The notes under the pieces are model-generated. The model had not been told where the DNA came from, ran no database searches, and worked only from the letters and a program-made list of their open reading frames with translations. Below, in pieces: positions 28,239-43,686 of a DNA stretch of 64,000 nucleotides (within the stretch, counting starts at the first letter, position 1; every line of letters starts with the position of its first letter). A program made the position numbers and the translations under genes. The stretch is from the NCBI GenBank assembly GCA_951406725.2, contig OX597825.1, positions 38,626,001 to 38,690,000 of the forward strand. Direction: 5' to 3'. This DNA comes from Octopus vulgaris. Lineage: Eukaryota.

Positions 28239-30132
28239 GTAAGAACACCGGGGACGTTTAACAAGTGAGAGCGATAAAATACTTCTCCGAAATCTATCCA
28301 AAACGATCTCGATTAAAGACAACAAATGCAGACTAAAATATCGGACTATATCCGAGAAAGTAATACTCATTAATATTTACTTATATTTCCGAAATGAAAG
28401 TATCTGTGTATCATGTCAATCACTCGCACATCACGTGTAAGCACGCTCGCCATATTACGATCCAATTAACATCAGACGACTTTCGTCCCCAACCACCATA
28501 CACGGAAAATAATAAATAATAAATTATATAAGTAATACCTATATTATTCAACCCAATGATATCAAACAGGAAATTCTCACCAAAACTACAAATAACTTCA
28601 CGTGTAAAACCATTTAACACCAAAAATTCACGGACCGGCACCATACGAAAATGATGACCATCAAAATAAATGTTCAGATGTTATTCCTCATGTCCCGCAA
28701 ATAAAATAAAAACCGCATAAATTGTTACGTGAGGAATATATTTCATTCCTACGCGCTTGTTTTACAGCAGTGCTCTAGCCACAGAACTAAAACACATAAA
28801 GTACATATAAAATCTGGAAGAAAGAGAACTTCGATAAAGATTTTGATACCGCACTGAACCCCTATAAACTAGTTAACATATGGAGATGTAGTCTCAAAAG
28901 AAACAAAAAAACCATCACAAAGAGAAATACAACACTTAAAAGGAAAGATGCGCCAGGTAAACGTAGATAGTAACCACGCAGCAATGGTAAAGATTTTGGA
29001 CCCGAATGTGCTCCGAAAGAGACCACTAAGACTGTTCTCGTAGATTCCTAGTGTCAATCTTAGGCCATCATCGTTCATATTCTCATTAGCACCGTAAATA
29101 AATCTTGAGTTCCTTTAATGTTGAGGATTTTATTCAGCTGCAGTAATTTTGAGGGTTTGATTTATCCTATTACATCCAGGCCAGTGCTTCACTGGAACTT
29201 AAATTTAAAGACCTAAAATTGATGACTATGATGATGATAATAATGGAGATAATATTGTTGATGATCATGGTGATGATGATGACAGATTCTATTCTCTTCC
29301 CACCGGAATACTTTCAAAGATACAATGAATTCTATTCACGTGTGAATTGAACCATTTGAGCAGTAAGAAACGAAAACGAATTATTTTTAGTTACATAAAA
29401 AATTGAAATGTATAATGATGAAATTAACTGTCATAAAAGAGTGCAAAACAGGAAAAGTCAGCATTTGCATCAATCGAGTAAAAAGAGCTGGCCCGTATTC
29501 CTAATATTTTTTCTTACAACATTTCCAAAGTTAATTTCTTACTGTTGGCTTAGATTAATGTAATTGTCAACATATTTGTTGACATTAAAGATGTATCGGG
29601 TTTTGTGGTTTGGTATATTTTCAGAGAGTTTAATGGCAGTGTTTATGCCACCAATTTAATCTGCTATATTTAATTTTTCATCATCTATTTTTGTTTTCAG
29701 TTTTTCTTTGTTTTAAAATGTTGGTGTTTCTTTTAACGGTTTTCAACAAAATTTTTTGGAGTGTCTTATAACCCTCTCCTTTGTTACCGTTTCTTTCAAG
29801 CATCTCCTCTTACCGCCGCTACAGACAGAGACATCACTTTCCTAGTAAACGGAAGTTTACCAAATAAAATATATAAAAATATCCAGAAGCAATACTGTAT
29901 TACTTTTTGTATTCCAAAATAAACGGTAAGGACACAACATTATCAAAGCATTAGAAAAAAAATTGCATGATGTAAAACGTGATGATATCACAATTTTTCC
30001 TTCATTTGCGTTATTGATATCTGCTCAAGGCAAGCAACAACAAATGTAACATCAACAACAGATGTGAAAACCAGCCACGAGAAAAGTAAGAACAACACCA
30101 ATAGAAGCAGCGACAGGAGCAACAACAAAATA

Positions 30133-30133
<1 letters not shown>

Positions 30134-30210
<77 letters not shown>

Positions 30211-30294
30211 GAAGAAGAAGAAGAAGAAGAAGAAGAAGAAGAAGGAGAAGAAGAAGAAGAAGAAGAAGAAGAAGAAGAAGAAGAAGAAGACGAA

Positions 30295-30325
<31 letters not shown>

Positions 30326-30375
30326 AAGAAGAAGAAGAAGAAGAAGAAGAAGAAGAAGAAGAAGAAGAAGAAGAA
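30134..30375. repeat. (TAA)n-(GAA)n compound microsatellite
   Basis: Direct reading. Confidence 0.95.
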
Positions 30376-31420
30376 TAGCAACAACAAAAGTAATACTCGT
30401 AATGATTTCTTTATTAATTATGTACAAAGGCCGGAGGTGATATAAAAATAAAAAAAAAAACTATTAACTTCGAAAGGGTTTTTACAAAGACTGACTACTA
30501 ACACAAAGACGAGCAGGCTACGAAAGCCGTTATGCTATATATAATTCTTAGATTTAAAGAATGCGAGAGAAAAATTTGCAAGAATGATTTAAAGTATATG
30601 GTTAAAACACGATAATTGAAAATACTAATTCATACAAAATTTAAACAACCACATCCGTTGTTCAGGCTACCTCCCATTTCTTATAATACAAGTGGCGTGC
30701 CTCCTCGAGATATAGTTAAGGGTAGGAATTCTTATATATTACATGTGTTGCTGTTGTGCAATGAATGCAAATGAAAGGACACGTTTTCTGGATCGAGAAT
30801 TTTAACTGATATTTTATTTTCTCCTGTTTAAAATATTTTCCATTTAATTCCCGATATTTCATTTAGATATTTATTATGCATATTGTATAAGAAGTTTCCT
30901 ATACATTGTCATTGATACCATTACCCGTGAAATGAATTTCTTGCAGGTCGGGGGCTAGTACAATCGAACACACAGGTCAATTGATCTCTTCAACAAGATA
31001 TGGATTCTTCCTCAGTAGACAGTGTTTTTATTCGCAAGAGACGTATCCTACATCGCATGTGATTTAGATATGCTTACTTTACTTCTCTTTCGAGCTGTAG
31101 TCCACTAATGTGAAATTTATGATGAGAAAGTCCGTTTTCCTCCACTGATCTATGTTTTGTTCTCATTATTTTAATACGTTGGGTGCATGTGCTATGAGGA
31201 GATACATTTTAGTCATTTAGTGGGAGTTGTCGTAGTTTCTATTATTTGATTCCTTCAATTCATTGGTGGAGAATGGGCGTTCGTCATAATAAAGACCAGC
31301 GAATTAAAATTGCTGCCACCTGCGTTTTTTCTGTGGTTACCAAATGATCGAAACACTATATTTTTAGTTGACATTCTTTTTTTTTCAATTATATCTTCTG
31401 TGTAGAAAGTTTTTAAATTT

Positions 31421-31491
31421 GTCTAGCTACCAAAATTGGTCTAGCTACCAAAATTGATCTAGCTACCAAAATTGGTCTAGCTACCAAAATG
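31421..31491. repeat. 18-bp minisatellite, about 4 copies
   Basis: (GTCTAGCTACCAAAATTG) repeated four times with no spacers. Confidence 0.92.
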
Positions 31492-32861
31492 ATAATCCCT
31501 TAGTCGTCTACAATAGAAGTTGTGTTTTATGATCTCAGTACTCTCTACAAGACAGTTTTTGTATTGTTTTCGTTCTTGTAAAATCATAAACACCTATATA
31601 TTCATAGAAATATACCCGACCCTACGCAGAAAGATTATGCATCATCACTTAATACTTGCATCTATTTTACTACGAAGGGGAAAATTTGCAAACAATCGGC
31701 ATTGACTTCAATATCTCTGGAAAGCCGCTTGTGTTCTTTCTACCGAAATATTGCTGAGCTAGTTTATAATCAGCTTGCACTTATTTTCCGGCATCTGTTT
31801 ATAATATGATAGATATATTATTATAACTTCTTTCTCTCACAATGTATGATAATTTAATTGAAATATACTCCAGATCTGTCTCTATTTCGTGTTCCAAAAG
31901 GAGAAAACCCGTTATGTTCTACGCAAGACGAATATACTTACGTCAATAGTCCCAAAAATAAATTTGGATATATGGTTTCAATCCGGTGTAGAAACTGTTA
32001 CTAGTCTCTGGAATTTTTGCAATATTCTGTATATTGCAACCCCCTTTATGAAAAGTGAACGGCATCGAGGATCCTGTCGCTATTCCTGTTCTTCTCCACG
32101 GGATACATGTGTGCACAATGGTGTTATTTTTTCTGTCGATTTCTACTCGATATATTTAAAATGTACATATTTTCTTCTTATCTGTATTATTATTATTGTA
32201 AAATGCACATAAGTATTATACAAGTAGGAAAATACGATTAACATACTGCCGGTTATAGAGAAGTGTTAATGATTCAGTGAATTAAACTAATAAACTTCCA
32301 CAGGGTGGCATTCTAGGTAATATCAAATCGTTTACAATTCCAGTGACCTTCTGTTCCTATTGCCTCGAACAAAATGTGTACACAGAATTTACGAGTGAAC
32401 GTATCCGACCTTTGGGAAATTGATACAAATCACGCCCTATAAATTGCTTGTTCATTTTCCTACAAAGACAATCTCTGTGACTTTCAAGAAACCTGTATTC
32501 TCTAAAAGAGCTGGCTATTGAAACATATCTCCTCATCACTTATGTATATCTCTTCTTTAGCTTTTACATTCGTTATAACAGGAATTATGCTATGATTATT
32601 TCCTTTTAATGTAAAATGTTCTTGCTCTATTTAGCGGAGGCTAATCCTAATCCCTAGCTGCACGTAATGTGTACCTAGTTACTTTACGCTATTTTTCTTA
32701 ATTCTTTCTCTCATAGCCTCCTGTCATTCACCTTGCTCCATCATGTCCCGAAGTAGAGGACCAGACTGGATCAGTCCGGTAGTAAAATATCACACTATTT
32801 CTCGATGCTTAATAGATGTTAATACAACTAAAGCAACAACGATTATTGTGGTTGTTGTTGT

Positions 32862-32863
<2 letters not shown>

Positions 32864-32897
<34 letters not shown>

Positions 32898-33011
32898 CAC
32901 TACCACCACCACCATTAAAACCACCATGACCACCACCACCACCACCACTACCACTATCATCATCACCATCACCACCACCACCACCACCACCACCACCACC
33001 ACCACCACCAT

Positions 33012-33070
<59 letters not shown>
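32864..33070. repeat. (TAC)/(CAC)n microsatellite
   Basis: Direct reading. Confidence 0.95.
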
Positions 33071-35867
33071 TTTTGAGCAAATAAGAAAACAATATTCTGT
33101 ATTATTTTAACAAGAATTATTGCAGAAAATCGAACTTAATAAGCTCAATAATCAGAGAACGTGACTGGTTCATGTGACGAAATTGAAGAATGGAGAAAAT
33201 TGTGCTAAGCGACGAATGTTCAACATTGCAGAACTCGGTCAGACGTCAACGTCAATTGCTAATCATCGCATCAGCACCATCAGTTCAGTTGCTTGATATC
33301 TAAATAGTATCTAAGGTTAATTTAATTACGTTGGTAATTTGACTACACATTTCCACCGGACATTTATATTCTATCGTCAAATTAATCAAATGATATATAT
33401 TTTCAATCTTTTTCTTACCGTCTATTTTATACGGAAGGCCCTAACAACTACAAACAAGTTGAAATATGAGACTTATCGCGCACATCCGTATTTTTCGTTG
33501 TCAATTTATCAAATGTTTTATGTAAACTTAATGTTTTTAGACATTTTAATGATTTTAGACATAAAGGAAAATAACTGTATATGTTTAGATGAAAAAAAAT
33601 ATGATTCGTATATATAAGAATCATAGTCGCGTACCCGGAAGCTTGATTTGTAACTACATGTTACCAGTTTAGTTTTGCTAACACTGCATCGGTTCCTCGG
33701 CGAGTGACATGTATTCATGTGTCAGGTTGCGCATTAACTGGTGTGCGGAACTAGAAAAACAGAGAATGCACAGCCAATCGGTACATGTGCTAGTAAATGT
33801 GTGTATGTGTATGTACCTCTTTGCGTGACTCCTTGTATATATGTTATTTGATAGTTGTATTTGTGAGATTTAAGCATCCTAAATATGTTCATTTATATAC
33901 TCGTGCCTCCATTACACTAACCACCCGCTACTAGACAAACGTCCTCAAATAGTCTCTACAAAATAATCACTATAAAATCTATTCTATGGTCCATTGAATG
34001 ATGCCTACCAAATGTCAATTAAAAGAACGGTTATGTATTCATATTGCACGCCTTAATATCTAACCCTACCATATCTTGTACAACTCTGCTCATAGCCAAC
34101 ATACTGTCTTTTCGTAGAAACAATATTCATGTACACAATATATTGATTGCAGAAAAGCGAAATTACACATACAAGAACACACAGTTTATCCCATCCAAAA
34201 AAAATGAAGAGCTAAAATACAAAGAAAAATACAACAATCGCATCCGCAAAACACCATCATCTTCTTATTACCTTGAACTTCCAAGTCAAACGTCCTTCCA
34301 AAGGTGCAGAATATATTTCTAAGTTGTACAGTATTTTGTCTTCACACAGCCAGATATTAAATCACTAGCCCATGCAAGCTATCGAACTTTCTGGTTCCTA
34401 AAAATAACACTTTACTTTAGAAATGTAACATATGCTTTCTTGTAGTAAATAGTGTCCTGAAGCTTGATATGCTTTTCTTAAACGTAGCGTTATGTAAAAT
34501 GCACGTTATCTAACGTGCATAAGCAAAGACACACACATACACACACATATCAGCATATACATATACATACACATACAAACACACACAAACACATACATGC
34601 GTATGTGCGTGAGTACGTACATATTTTCCTATTTATAGGGAACAGCTCTTCTTTATAAAAGTTTATTGATAAAACGGCAATGTTGTGTAATTACCTTATT
34701 AAGATTTGTTTATTATACGAGATTTTTTCATTTAGTTTATATTACAAAGGTTCGAAATCAATATGCGAGTCAACCTTTTTTGACTTACCAGAACAACCTA
34801 GTGTTTAAGTCTAACGTTCAGATGTCAAACTACTTTACAAAATGTTAGAATACTTAAATATTTGCCTAGCCAAACAACGCCACTGTTAATGGGGCAATAA
34901 GAACTTATATTCCGAAAAGGAAATTGTGAATAAGGATTTCAAGATAGTCATTCTTCCAAAATCTTAACAAAATACTAAAAGTGATATATTTTATTAACAT
35001 TACGGTGTATGCGCACACTTATTTTACTTTAAATTTCTGTAGTAAAAGCTAGTGTTGTGACACAAAAGTTACCTCATCAAGCCCAAACATATAAATCGAT
35101 AAAATAATTATCTCGTTGCAATTAGTAACCGGATTGATATAGTCGACCACAACACTATATGGCCGTGTCATAACATGACCGCTTTGGACGACTGAAATCA
35201 GAATTTAACAAAATTAAATAAATAAACGCCCACTTGAAAATGTGTATAGAAGTAGAGAAAATGACGGAACTTTTGTAGGTAAGTAATTTTGTATATAAGA
35301 ACATGAAAGTATGTATATGTTAAAGATATCACTAAAAGAAATTGCATTTAAATCTTTCAAAAGCTGTATAATTATCCGTCTGTTTGATTATATATGTGTA
35401 TAATAATAAAATGGCCATGAATACTGCACATTTTCTGCATTAGAGTGAATCATCATATGACCATCAGATACGTTACATAACGCAATTAAGTGTTCTGATA
35501 ATTTTTTCGTAAATTCTTCTTCTTCATTAGCCCTAGCACAGAACTGATTGTTAGAAACAACGATCTTAAATCTGTAATCATTATGCAGAGTCTATTTTTG
35601 TATTGATTAATATATATATACTTGTACAACCTTTTCAAGGCAAATATATGATTTGCGAGAGGAAATGAGTGATGTAAGTAGCGAAATCGTCGCCAAGGTG
35701 TTGGAACGTATTTTATATTCAACCATGGATAAAGCATAGTTTCACCTGGACCGAATCTCTGGACAGTGCTATTCCTGCTGCCACGATCTTCAGTGATTGC
35801 TCCTATTAGAATCTCCTCTTTCTACAAACACATTAGTAAATATATCTTTCAATATCTTAAGACAGAT

Positions 35868-36092
35868 AAGGCGGCGAGCTGGTAGAAACGTTGGCACGCC
35901 GGGCGAAATTCTCAGCGGTGTTTCATCTGTCTTTACATTCTTCATGTTCTGAGTTTAAATTCTGCCGAGGTTGACTTTACCTTTCATCCTTTCTCAATCG
36001 ATAAATTACGTTCCAGTTGCGTACTGGGATCGATCTAAATCGACTGGGCTCCCACCCCAAAAATTTGGGGCCTTGTTCCTAGAGTAGAAAAG
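35868..36092 (+). mobile_element. full-length SINE family A with target-site duplication
   Basis: GGCGGCGAGCTGG head to ...AGAGTAGAAAAG tail; flanked by AATATCTTAAGACAGAT (35851-35867) and AATATTTTAAAACAGAT (36093-36109). Confidence 0.9.
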
Positions 36093-37167
36093 AATATTTT
36101 AAAACAGATGTGTGTAATATGTATTGCTAGTCCAATTGTTGGCAGCTATTCCCAGTAGCATGAGCGACTGTAAAGATGCCACAATGTCAAATATCTAAGA
36201 AATTGTGGATATTTTTGTTGGCCGTGATGGTGTTAGTGTTATTTTCGATGAAAAATATTTTTACCCTGAACTAGTAACCTTTAAATATCTTAGTATCTCT
36301 TTATCATATCAAGACTCTAGTATAAAGCACTTGGGGAAACTATATCTAGCAGGTCATCCCCTTTCAAGGACCAGTGTTATTTTCAGTGTTAAGAGAATAT
36401 AAACAAAAATGATTTAATATGCATGTAAATTGAGCAAAGACGTCTATCCCATCCAGTTCCACTACTTCAGCTGTTTGCTGTGTAATTGGACTAGCAATAC
36501 ATACAATATAATTTTGTGTTTATTTCAAATTCTTATTGATTTTCTTTTTATGACACTCGCTCATATCGGTAATTTAACTTTCAAATTACAACCTACAATC
36601 AGTACGTACGATTTTAGTCTTGTCAAAATAATTACGTTCAAAATGAATATTTACATAACGGCGTACATAAAAGATATATTCGGAGGCATGAAAGTAAGAA
36701 TCAGAAACAAACGTATGTGTGGGCCAGTGTGTGTGTGTTTGTGCGTATGTATAAATACTTATCTGTATATATATATACATACACACATACAAACACATAT
36801 GTATTTATGTATGTGTATTTGTGTGAGTGTGTGTCCGTGTAAGTATACATAATAAGGCATAGCGGTTTCCATTTATATATATTTACAAATGGTTATAGGT
36901 CTATGCAAATGTGACAGACTATGTTGCATTTTATCATTACTGTAAATATCAATACTAAACGTCGATAATTAATGAGAAAATGATAAAAAAAATGTTTCAG
37001 ATTTGAAGATACATTTTGTGTATTTTTGTGGTATTTTTTGATTCGTCTCTCTCTATGAATCAATTTTCCAGACATTTGTTTTTCTAACAGAGGAAATTAC
37101 AAATGTGTGCATCTAAAATCAATATGCCTATATACATACATACATACATACATACCCACATACATGC

Positions 37168-37255
<88 letters not shown>

Positions 37256-37529
37256 GCATATATAGACATAGACATATATATATATTTGTAAATAAATATA
37301 CATATATACGTAAATAAATATGTGAGTGTTTGTCTCTGTCGGTGTGTGTGTGCATCCGTATGTAGGTAATCGTCTATGTATGGATTCTTCTAAGCATATA
37401 TATGTGTGTATATTTGTGTTTGAATTTGTACGTGTGCGGGTTTTGTATAAACGTATAGTAATGCATATCGCCAACTACAAAATTACACAGTCCAAACACA
37501 TACGCCACATAATTACATACATTCATATA

Positions 37530-37617
<88 letters not shown>

Positions 37618-37748
37618 AGCAAACATATAATCTACAAATATGTATATAGATATACATATCTATATATAATATATGTATTCATATATATAAAGATTTATAC
37701 TTCCATATATACACATATGCATACATATTATTATTATTATTATTATTA

Positions 37749-37848
<100 letters not shown>

Positions 37849-38756
37849 TATCAGTGTGTGTAACTTTGTGTCTGCAAATACTTCATTTTCATAGATCTCT
37901 GCAAGCTCATGTATTCCTTAGGTTTAGTGTATGTACTTTTTTTTGCCACTCATTTAAAACCTCTGGTGGTTCCATTAACTCAGCATTTCTATCAGCTATT
38001 ATTGAATTGCATTTCTTTGTATTTGTTTTTCAGCTTAAAAATTAGACGAAAAGTAAAAGAAAGACATTTATAAATAACTAAATATTAGACAGAACTATTT
38101 CAAATCGCAATATAGAAAAATTCCTCGTCTCTGTTTTCTTTTGTTAAAGGAATAGTAAGTTTAATATACTTTTATATTTCAGTTGGAAATATGTTTTTGG
38201 AATATGATCAAAATGACTTATTTTCTATTTATCTTGACTATGATGAAAATATGCCATTTTGTATAATACCTACAAAATTAATATTTATTTCTGTACGTTA
38301 TCTCATTTTCTTTCGGTGCATTTATACGTAGTGTGTGCACGTGATTGTGGGTGTGTGTATGTGCGTGTGTGTGTTGTGTGTGTGTGTGTATTTATACTGC
38401 AAAAATATATAAAATAGAGATATATACATGTGTGTGGGCTTTAACATGGGATTATTAGGAATTAAAGAACTTCGAGTTGCATCTAGATACTGAAATGTTT
38501 ATCACTTTGTCCGGCAAAGATCGGAGATGTATTCGTCTATGGCTTGAAAGTTGATAGACGCTGCTTCTGCATATGTAGACACTCTCTCTCTCTCTCTCTG
38601 TCTCACACACACACACACATAGGGAGATGTACTTGCATAGCAAGTGAGCAGGTCTGAGAATGTGTGCTGAAGCAAAATCTGTTGCAGCGTGGAAGGTGTT
38701 TATGTGCCATATAAAAACCCAAAAACGGTCAGATTCACTTCAACATTTAAATTTAA

Positions 38757-38807
38757 TTTACCAAAATATTTTCCTCGCTATAAGACTGCGACCTCTTCAC
38801 TGACAAA
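38757..38807 (-). ncRNA. degenerate minimal type I hammerhead-like motif
   Basis: Minus strand TTTGTCA-GTGAAGA-GG-TCGC(AGTCTTATA)GCGA-G-GAAA-ATAT-TT-TGGTAAA; 7-bp stem I, palindromic AATATT; G3/G8 mismatch in the core. Confidence 0.5.
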
Positions 38808-38833
38808 ATTCCGTGCTGCATCTCCAGCACGGA

Positions 38834-38897
<64 letters not shown>

Positions 38898-38898
<1 letters not shown>

Positions 38899-39018
38899 GA
38901 CAGGTTTCTTTCCGTTACCGTCTACCAAATCCACTGGCCAAGGTGAAATGCAGTGGGACTGAACACGGAACCATGTTGTTTGTAAGTAAAGCTACTTACC
39001 ACACAGCCGCTCCTGCGT
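38898..39018 (-). mobile_element. SINE family B (internally deleted)
   Basis: CCGTCTACCAAATCCAC...CAGTGGGACTGAAC..GGAACCATG...CTTACCACACAGCC; homologous to 63347-63507. Confidence 0.8.
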
Positions 39019-41936
39019 ATCTATGTATGTCAATAAACACATGCACACACATGGAGAGGTATTTTGAGGGTGGTTGTGTATGTTCGTGTGTTTGTGTGCA
39101 CGTGTGTATGTAAGAAACCCAGTGGAACATAGAGAGGAAGAGAGAGAGATAGAGAGTGAAACGGATGCTTGCTGAAAGCAGCGATATTCTTAATGTGATT
39201 AAATGTGTATGCATATTTAATAGGAAATGGAAAATGCATTTATTGTATTTTATGATTTTTCCTGGATAATGTTGCAATGTTATTGGTATCTCTCGAATTA
39301 AATGCTCTGGTAGTAGATGTAATGGCAGCAGCAGTAGTTTTATAAGTAACAGTAGCAGCAGCAAGATCAGTAGTAGTAGTTGTAGTTATCGCAGTAATAG
39401 TCGTAGTATTCGTCGTCGTCTTCGTAGTAGTAATAGTAGTAGTAGTACCAGTTGTAGGAAGATGGGGTGGAGGAGAAGGAGGGGAGTTAGAAGAGTAGGG
39501 CCGGTAATAATATCAGCAGCTGCAGTTTCTGTTGTTTTGTTAGTGTCCTTATTAATGCCGAATTATTAAATATTATTTCTTACTCTAAATTCTTTTCTCT
39601 ACTTCGCCACTCTATGATCAGAAATTTGTCTATTGTAGCCGATGGTGCAACAATGACGCCACATCCATCAACCAATAGCCTTCTGTTCGTGTTAATATGT
39701 ATTTACGCTTTTCTTCCATATTTAGTAGTTTTGTAGGTTTAATTAAGAATCGTGTTTACTCTCGAGGTGAAGCAATCTACAACCCAAAAAACTGCCTTTC
39801 GCCATAGCTTTCCAGTTGTTTAAAGTGGCTATTTCCATTGATATTGCTTTTCATATACAAATAACCATGCCTGCCCGCTCGGAATTTCTCGATCCGTTGT
39901 ATGCAGCCCTCTTCGGTTAAGATTATCACTATGATTTCACTCCGCCCTCTCATAATTTATTTACAGGATTATATTTATACGTTTTTGGACACACGGACCG
40001 CAATTCCCTATCAAATATTAAATTCGATTTATTGTTAAAAGTTTCGTGCCTAATTTTGATTTTAAATCAATGCTAGGTTTCCGCTTGGTGAAATGCAATT
40101 AGGAGATGGTAGAATACGCGAATATATAATAGAATTTACTAAAAACCCGAAAGTTTGCGAAAAAATTCCATAGCCGTGTCACTCTTCTCAGGAAAAGAAA
40201 CGCATTTTCGAATATATATTGCCACTAGAGAAAAATAGGGAAACTGTGCAATGATTGCCATCTGCATTCGAACTGAAAGCAAATATCACTTTGAAAACAA
40301 AAGTGAAGACTGTTTTGAAATTGTCTAACAAATTTGATTTAGTAGTAGGAACTTCATATTTCAGCTGTTTTTGTTCTGTACATGATCTTTAATTATGTTA
40401 GATTAAATGTCGTCTATAACACACTATTGATTTTAGGGTTAGTTTAAATTGTGTTTATTGTGATACAGAAGAAATTTGTCTTTTTGTTGTCATTTTGTAG
40501 CGTAGCAGTAAATACATCAGTAATTGTAAGTTCACAGTAGATTTCAATTAACGACTGACATCAATAAACAAGTCGTCACGTGCCGCAAGACACAGCCTAA
40601 CTTCATTGCTGAAACATCGTTACAGCTCAAGAATACTGACTAACTGAAACCAGAATTTCTAATTAATTCCCTTCATTGTCAACCAAGACAGTTCAGCTGA
40701 TTGCTGTCTCTGTGCCGTTACTGACGAGAAGGCATTGCACATTTAATTGACCAATTAGAAAAATAAAAAGATTTTACTGCAGTACTTCACAATTTACTCT
40801 TGTCAGACTATTTCTATTGTATATCTTGTTGCTATTGGGTTCATTGAGACTAGAAGATGATATCATTTTCTTAACAGACTTGTGCAGATCCTAAAAGTAT
40901 AAGAACCCTGAAAACCCTAAAGAGAAAGTAATCTAAATGAATGTCAAGGTTTGCGATACATTAATGTGTTGTTGCTTGAGGGTGTAGAATTTGAAAAATA
41001 CTATAAGCAATGCAATTATACTGTTTAAACCATGAGAACAAGAAACTTGAGACTGAACATTTATTCACTATTAACATCAAATTAAATATCTGTTGTCAAT
41101 TGTTGGGTGATATATTATGATATGGTATTACGAAATGTGATATAATGCATAAGGGAAATGTGAATAGGTGTTAAAAATTTATATTTTTTATTTAAATAAT
41201 TATCAGCATGTAGAGTTCAGAAGTTTAGAAATATTCAAACTCTATTATAAATAAATAAATAAATAAATATATATATATATCAAATAATCTAACTACATAT
41301 ATGTATATGTGTGTGTCGTGTGTAGATCCTTAAGTGCTCATACATATCCACATATTTTTTGTTAGTGATGCATGTTTGCATATTCACTGTTTGTACATGT
41401 ATAATTGTGAAAAATGTTGAGAAGAAATATTTCGAATTGCACGTTATTAATGGCACGAACCGTGTTCTGCAGCTGCAGTCCCGTTTTTTGCACAAGGTTA
41501 TATATTTTTCTCTTTTTGCTAGAAATTATTTACGACAGAAAGCTACAAGGTTTATTAATTTCCTAAACTTAGTACTGTAGATTCATTATATGTGAAATAG
41601 TAGACTCAAAAGTAAATATTCACAGATAGTCTTAGAGTATTTTTTAAAAACTATATATTTAGTACTCATTGGGAAGAAATTAATATTGGTTTCTTTGTAG
41701 TATATGGAATATAAAGCTTTGCATTATCTTAAATTTTCTAACAAATCGTCTACAAGTATAAACTTTATAATGTTTTGTAAATAGGTCTCACGCCCATTTT
41801 AAAATGAATATAGATACAATAAAATCTTAGGAAGTTTATTTAACAGAAGTTCCCGAAAGTTCAGGTGTATATATATATATACAAATATATACACATACAT
41901 ACACACACACACAAATACACACACACACACACACGC

Positions 41937-41969
<33 letters not shown>

Positions 41970-42301
41970 AAGGCGCATGGCTCAGTGGTTAGAGCGTCTA
42001 GTTTACGATCCTGAGATTGTGAGTTTGAATCCAGGACCAGCTGCGTGTGGGTTTTTGAGCAAGACACCTTATTTCACGTTGCTCCAGTTCATTCAGCTGT
42101 AGAAATGACTGGCGACGTCAAAGGTACCAAGCAGTATCGGCCTTTACCTTTCTCTTGGATTACATCAGTGATGTGGAGAGGGGAAGCTGGTATGCATGAG
42201 TGACAACTGGTCTTCCATAAACACCTTTGCTCGGACATGTGCCTGGGAGGCTAGCTTTATAGGTGCAATCCCATGGTCAGTCATGACAGGAAGGTGGGGT
42301 C
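41970..42301 (+). mobile_element. tRNA-derived SINE, family D
   Basis: A-box TGGCTCAGTGG, B-box-like GTTTGAATCC, then TTGAGCAAGACAC...CAGCTGTAGAAATG central domain; flanked by microsatellites. Confidence 0.8.
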
Positions 42302-42345
42302 TCAGCATATATATATATATATAAATACATATATATATATATATT

Positions 42346-42409
<64 letters not shown>

Positions 42410-42644
42410 TGTGTGTTGTTTTGCTTGTCAACCAGTGTTGGTGTGTTTGCATCCCAGCAATTTCGCTGTTTGCGAACACAGACCGACAGAAAAAGTACCA
42501 CGCTTAAAATTAAGTATTAGTTCAAATCCTTCGACTACAAATTTCAAGTTTGTGTTCGTTGTCAAGCGTGGCCGTTGTCTTGTAACTGAAACAATTCAAT
42601 GATAAAAGATAATATAAATATGTGTGTGTGTGTATTTGTAAGTG

Positions 42645-42685
<41 letters not shown>

Positions 42686-43618
42686 TTTACGAAGGGGTAT
42701 TTCATCGGTGTATTTTTGGCAATTTAATAAGAGTTTTGACTGTTATTTTAAGCAGGTTGACATACCTAGTATGTCCTTTGGTTAATTTTAATATATGTAT
42801 ATGTATATGTGTGTGTGTGTTGTTATTTGCATGTACATTCTCTGTGAATGAAACCCTCCCGCTTAGGGTCCCGGTCAGAATGTGTGCGCATATCGTAATT
42901 ATTTTATGTCCTAGTGTTATATCTGTTGGTTCACTAGTACAATAAGCATCACATTTCTTAAAAGTGTACTGAGATTTTAACTTTAATAGTTGACATGATA
43001 TATTATGCTCGAATTTCCAACAACAACCGCCAGGACCTATATTTTAAGTCATTATTCCTTTTCTTCCATACTTTCCCTTTTTCTAGATTTCAGTTACATA
43101 TATTTTTTCCTTTGCCTTTAAGCAATGTGGGGACGAATTTTGCATTACACATCATATTAAAAACTGCATCCAATGAAAAATAGTCCTTATAAATTATGTA
43201 AAACACCGATTAAAGAAAGAATTATATAAACAACACTTCGCATAAATTTGTGAAACATCACGTATTTCTTTTGTTTTTAATTGTTCTTTAACATACATAT
43301 CCCCCCTCCATTATATATACATATAGTTACACACAATATATCATCGAATATTTCAGTATTTTTCCCGATATAAAGCGAGGTTACATCCAACCACTGTATA
43401 CTAGAAGAAAAAAAATATGTTGAATTAAATCATATTAGATTATATAACAACAGAAAATGTTTCCTAGAAATGCTCGTTTTTACTCCTAACAAAGAAATCA
43501 ATATTATTTACATCATGCGTTAATGGTACGTCAGCACATTCGCACAAGCAACACACATATGAATACGTATGTATGATTATGGAAATGTGTGTATGTTCCT
43601 ACGTATATGTTTGTGTGC

Positions 43619-43686
<68 letters not shown>

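Noticed and set aside
28240-29100. A/C-skewed stretch that may be an old retroelement ORF1 remnant
   Set aside because: No recognisable motif in any frame.
31421-31491. Short direct repeats resembling a CRISPR array
   Set aside because: No spacers, 18-bp unit, eukaryotic context and no cas genes; an ordinary minisatellite.
35730-35800. Minus-strand CTGAAGA...GAAACTATG
   Set aside because: The cleavage position would be G and stems I and II do not form.
41970-42045. tRNA gene candidates at SINE heads (also 59170 and 16375)
   Set aside because: Cloverleaves are incomplete and continue into SINE bodies or tails, so they are SINE-derived.
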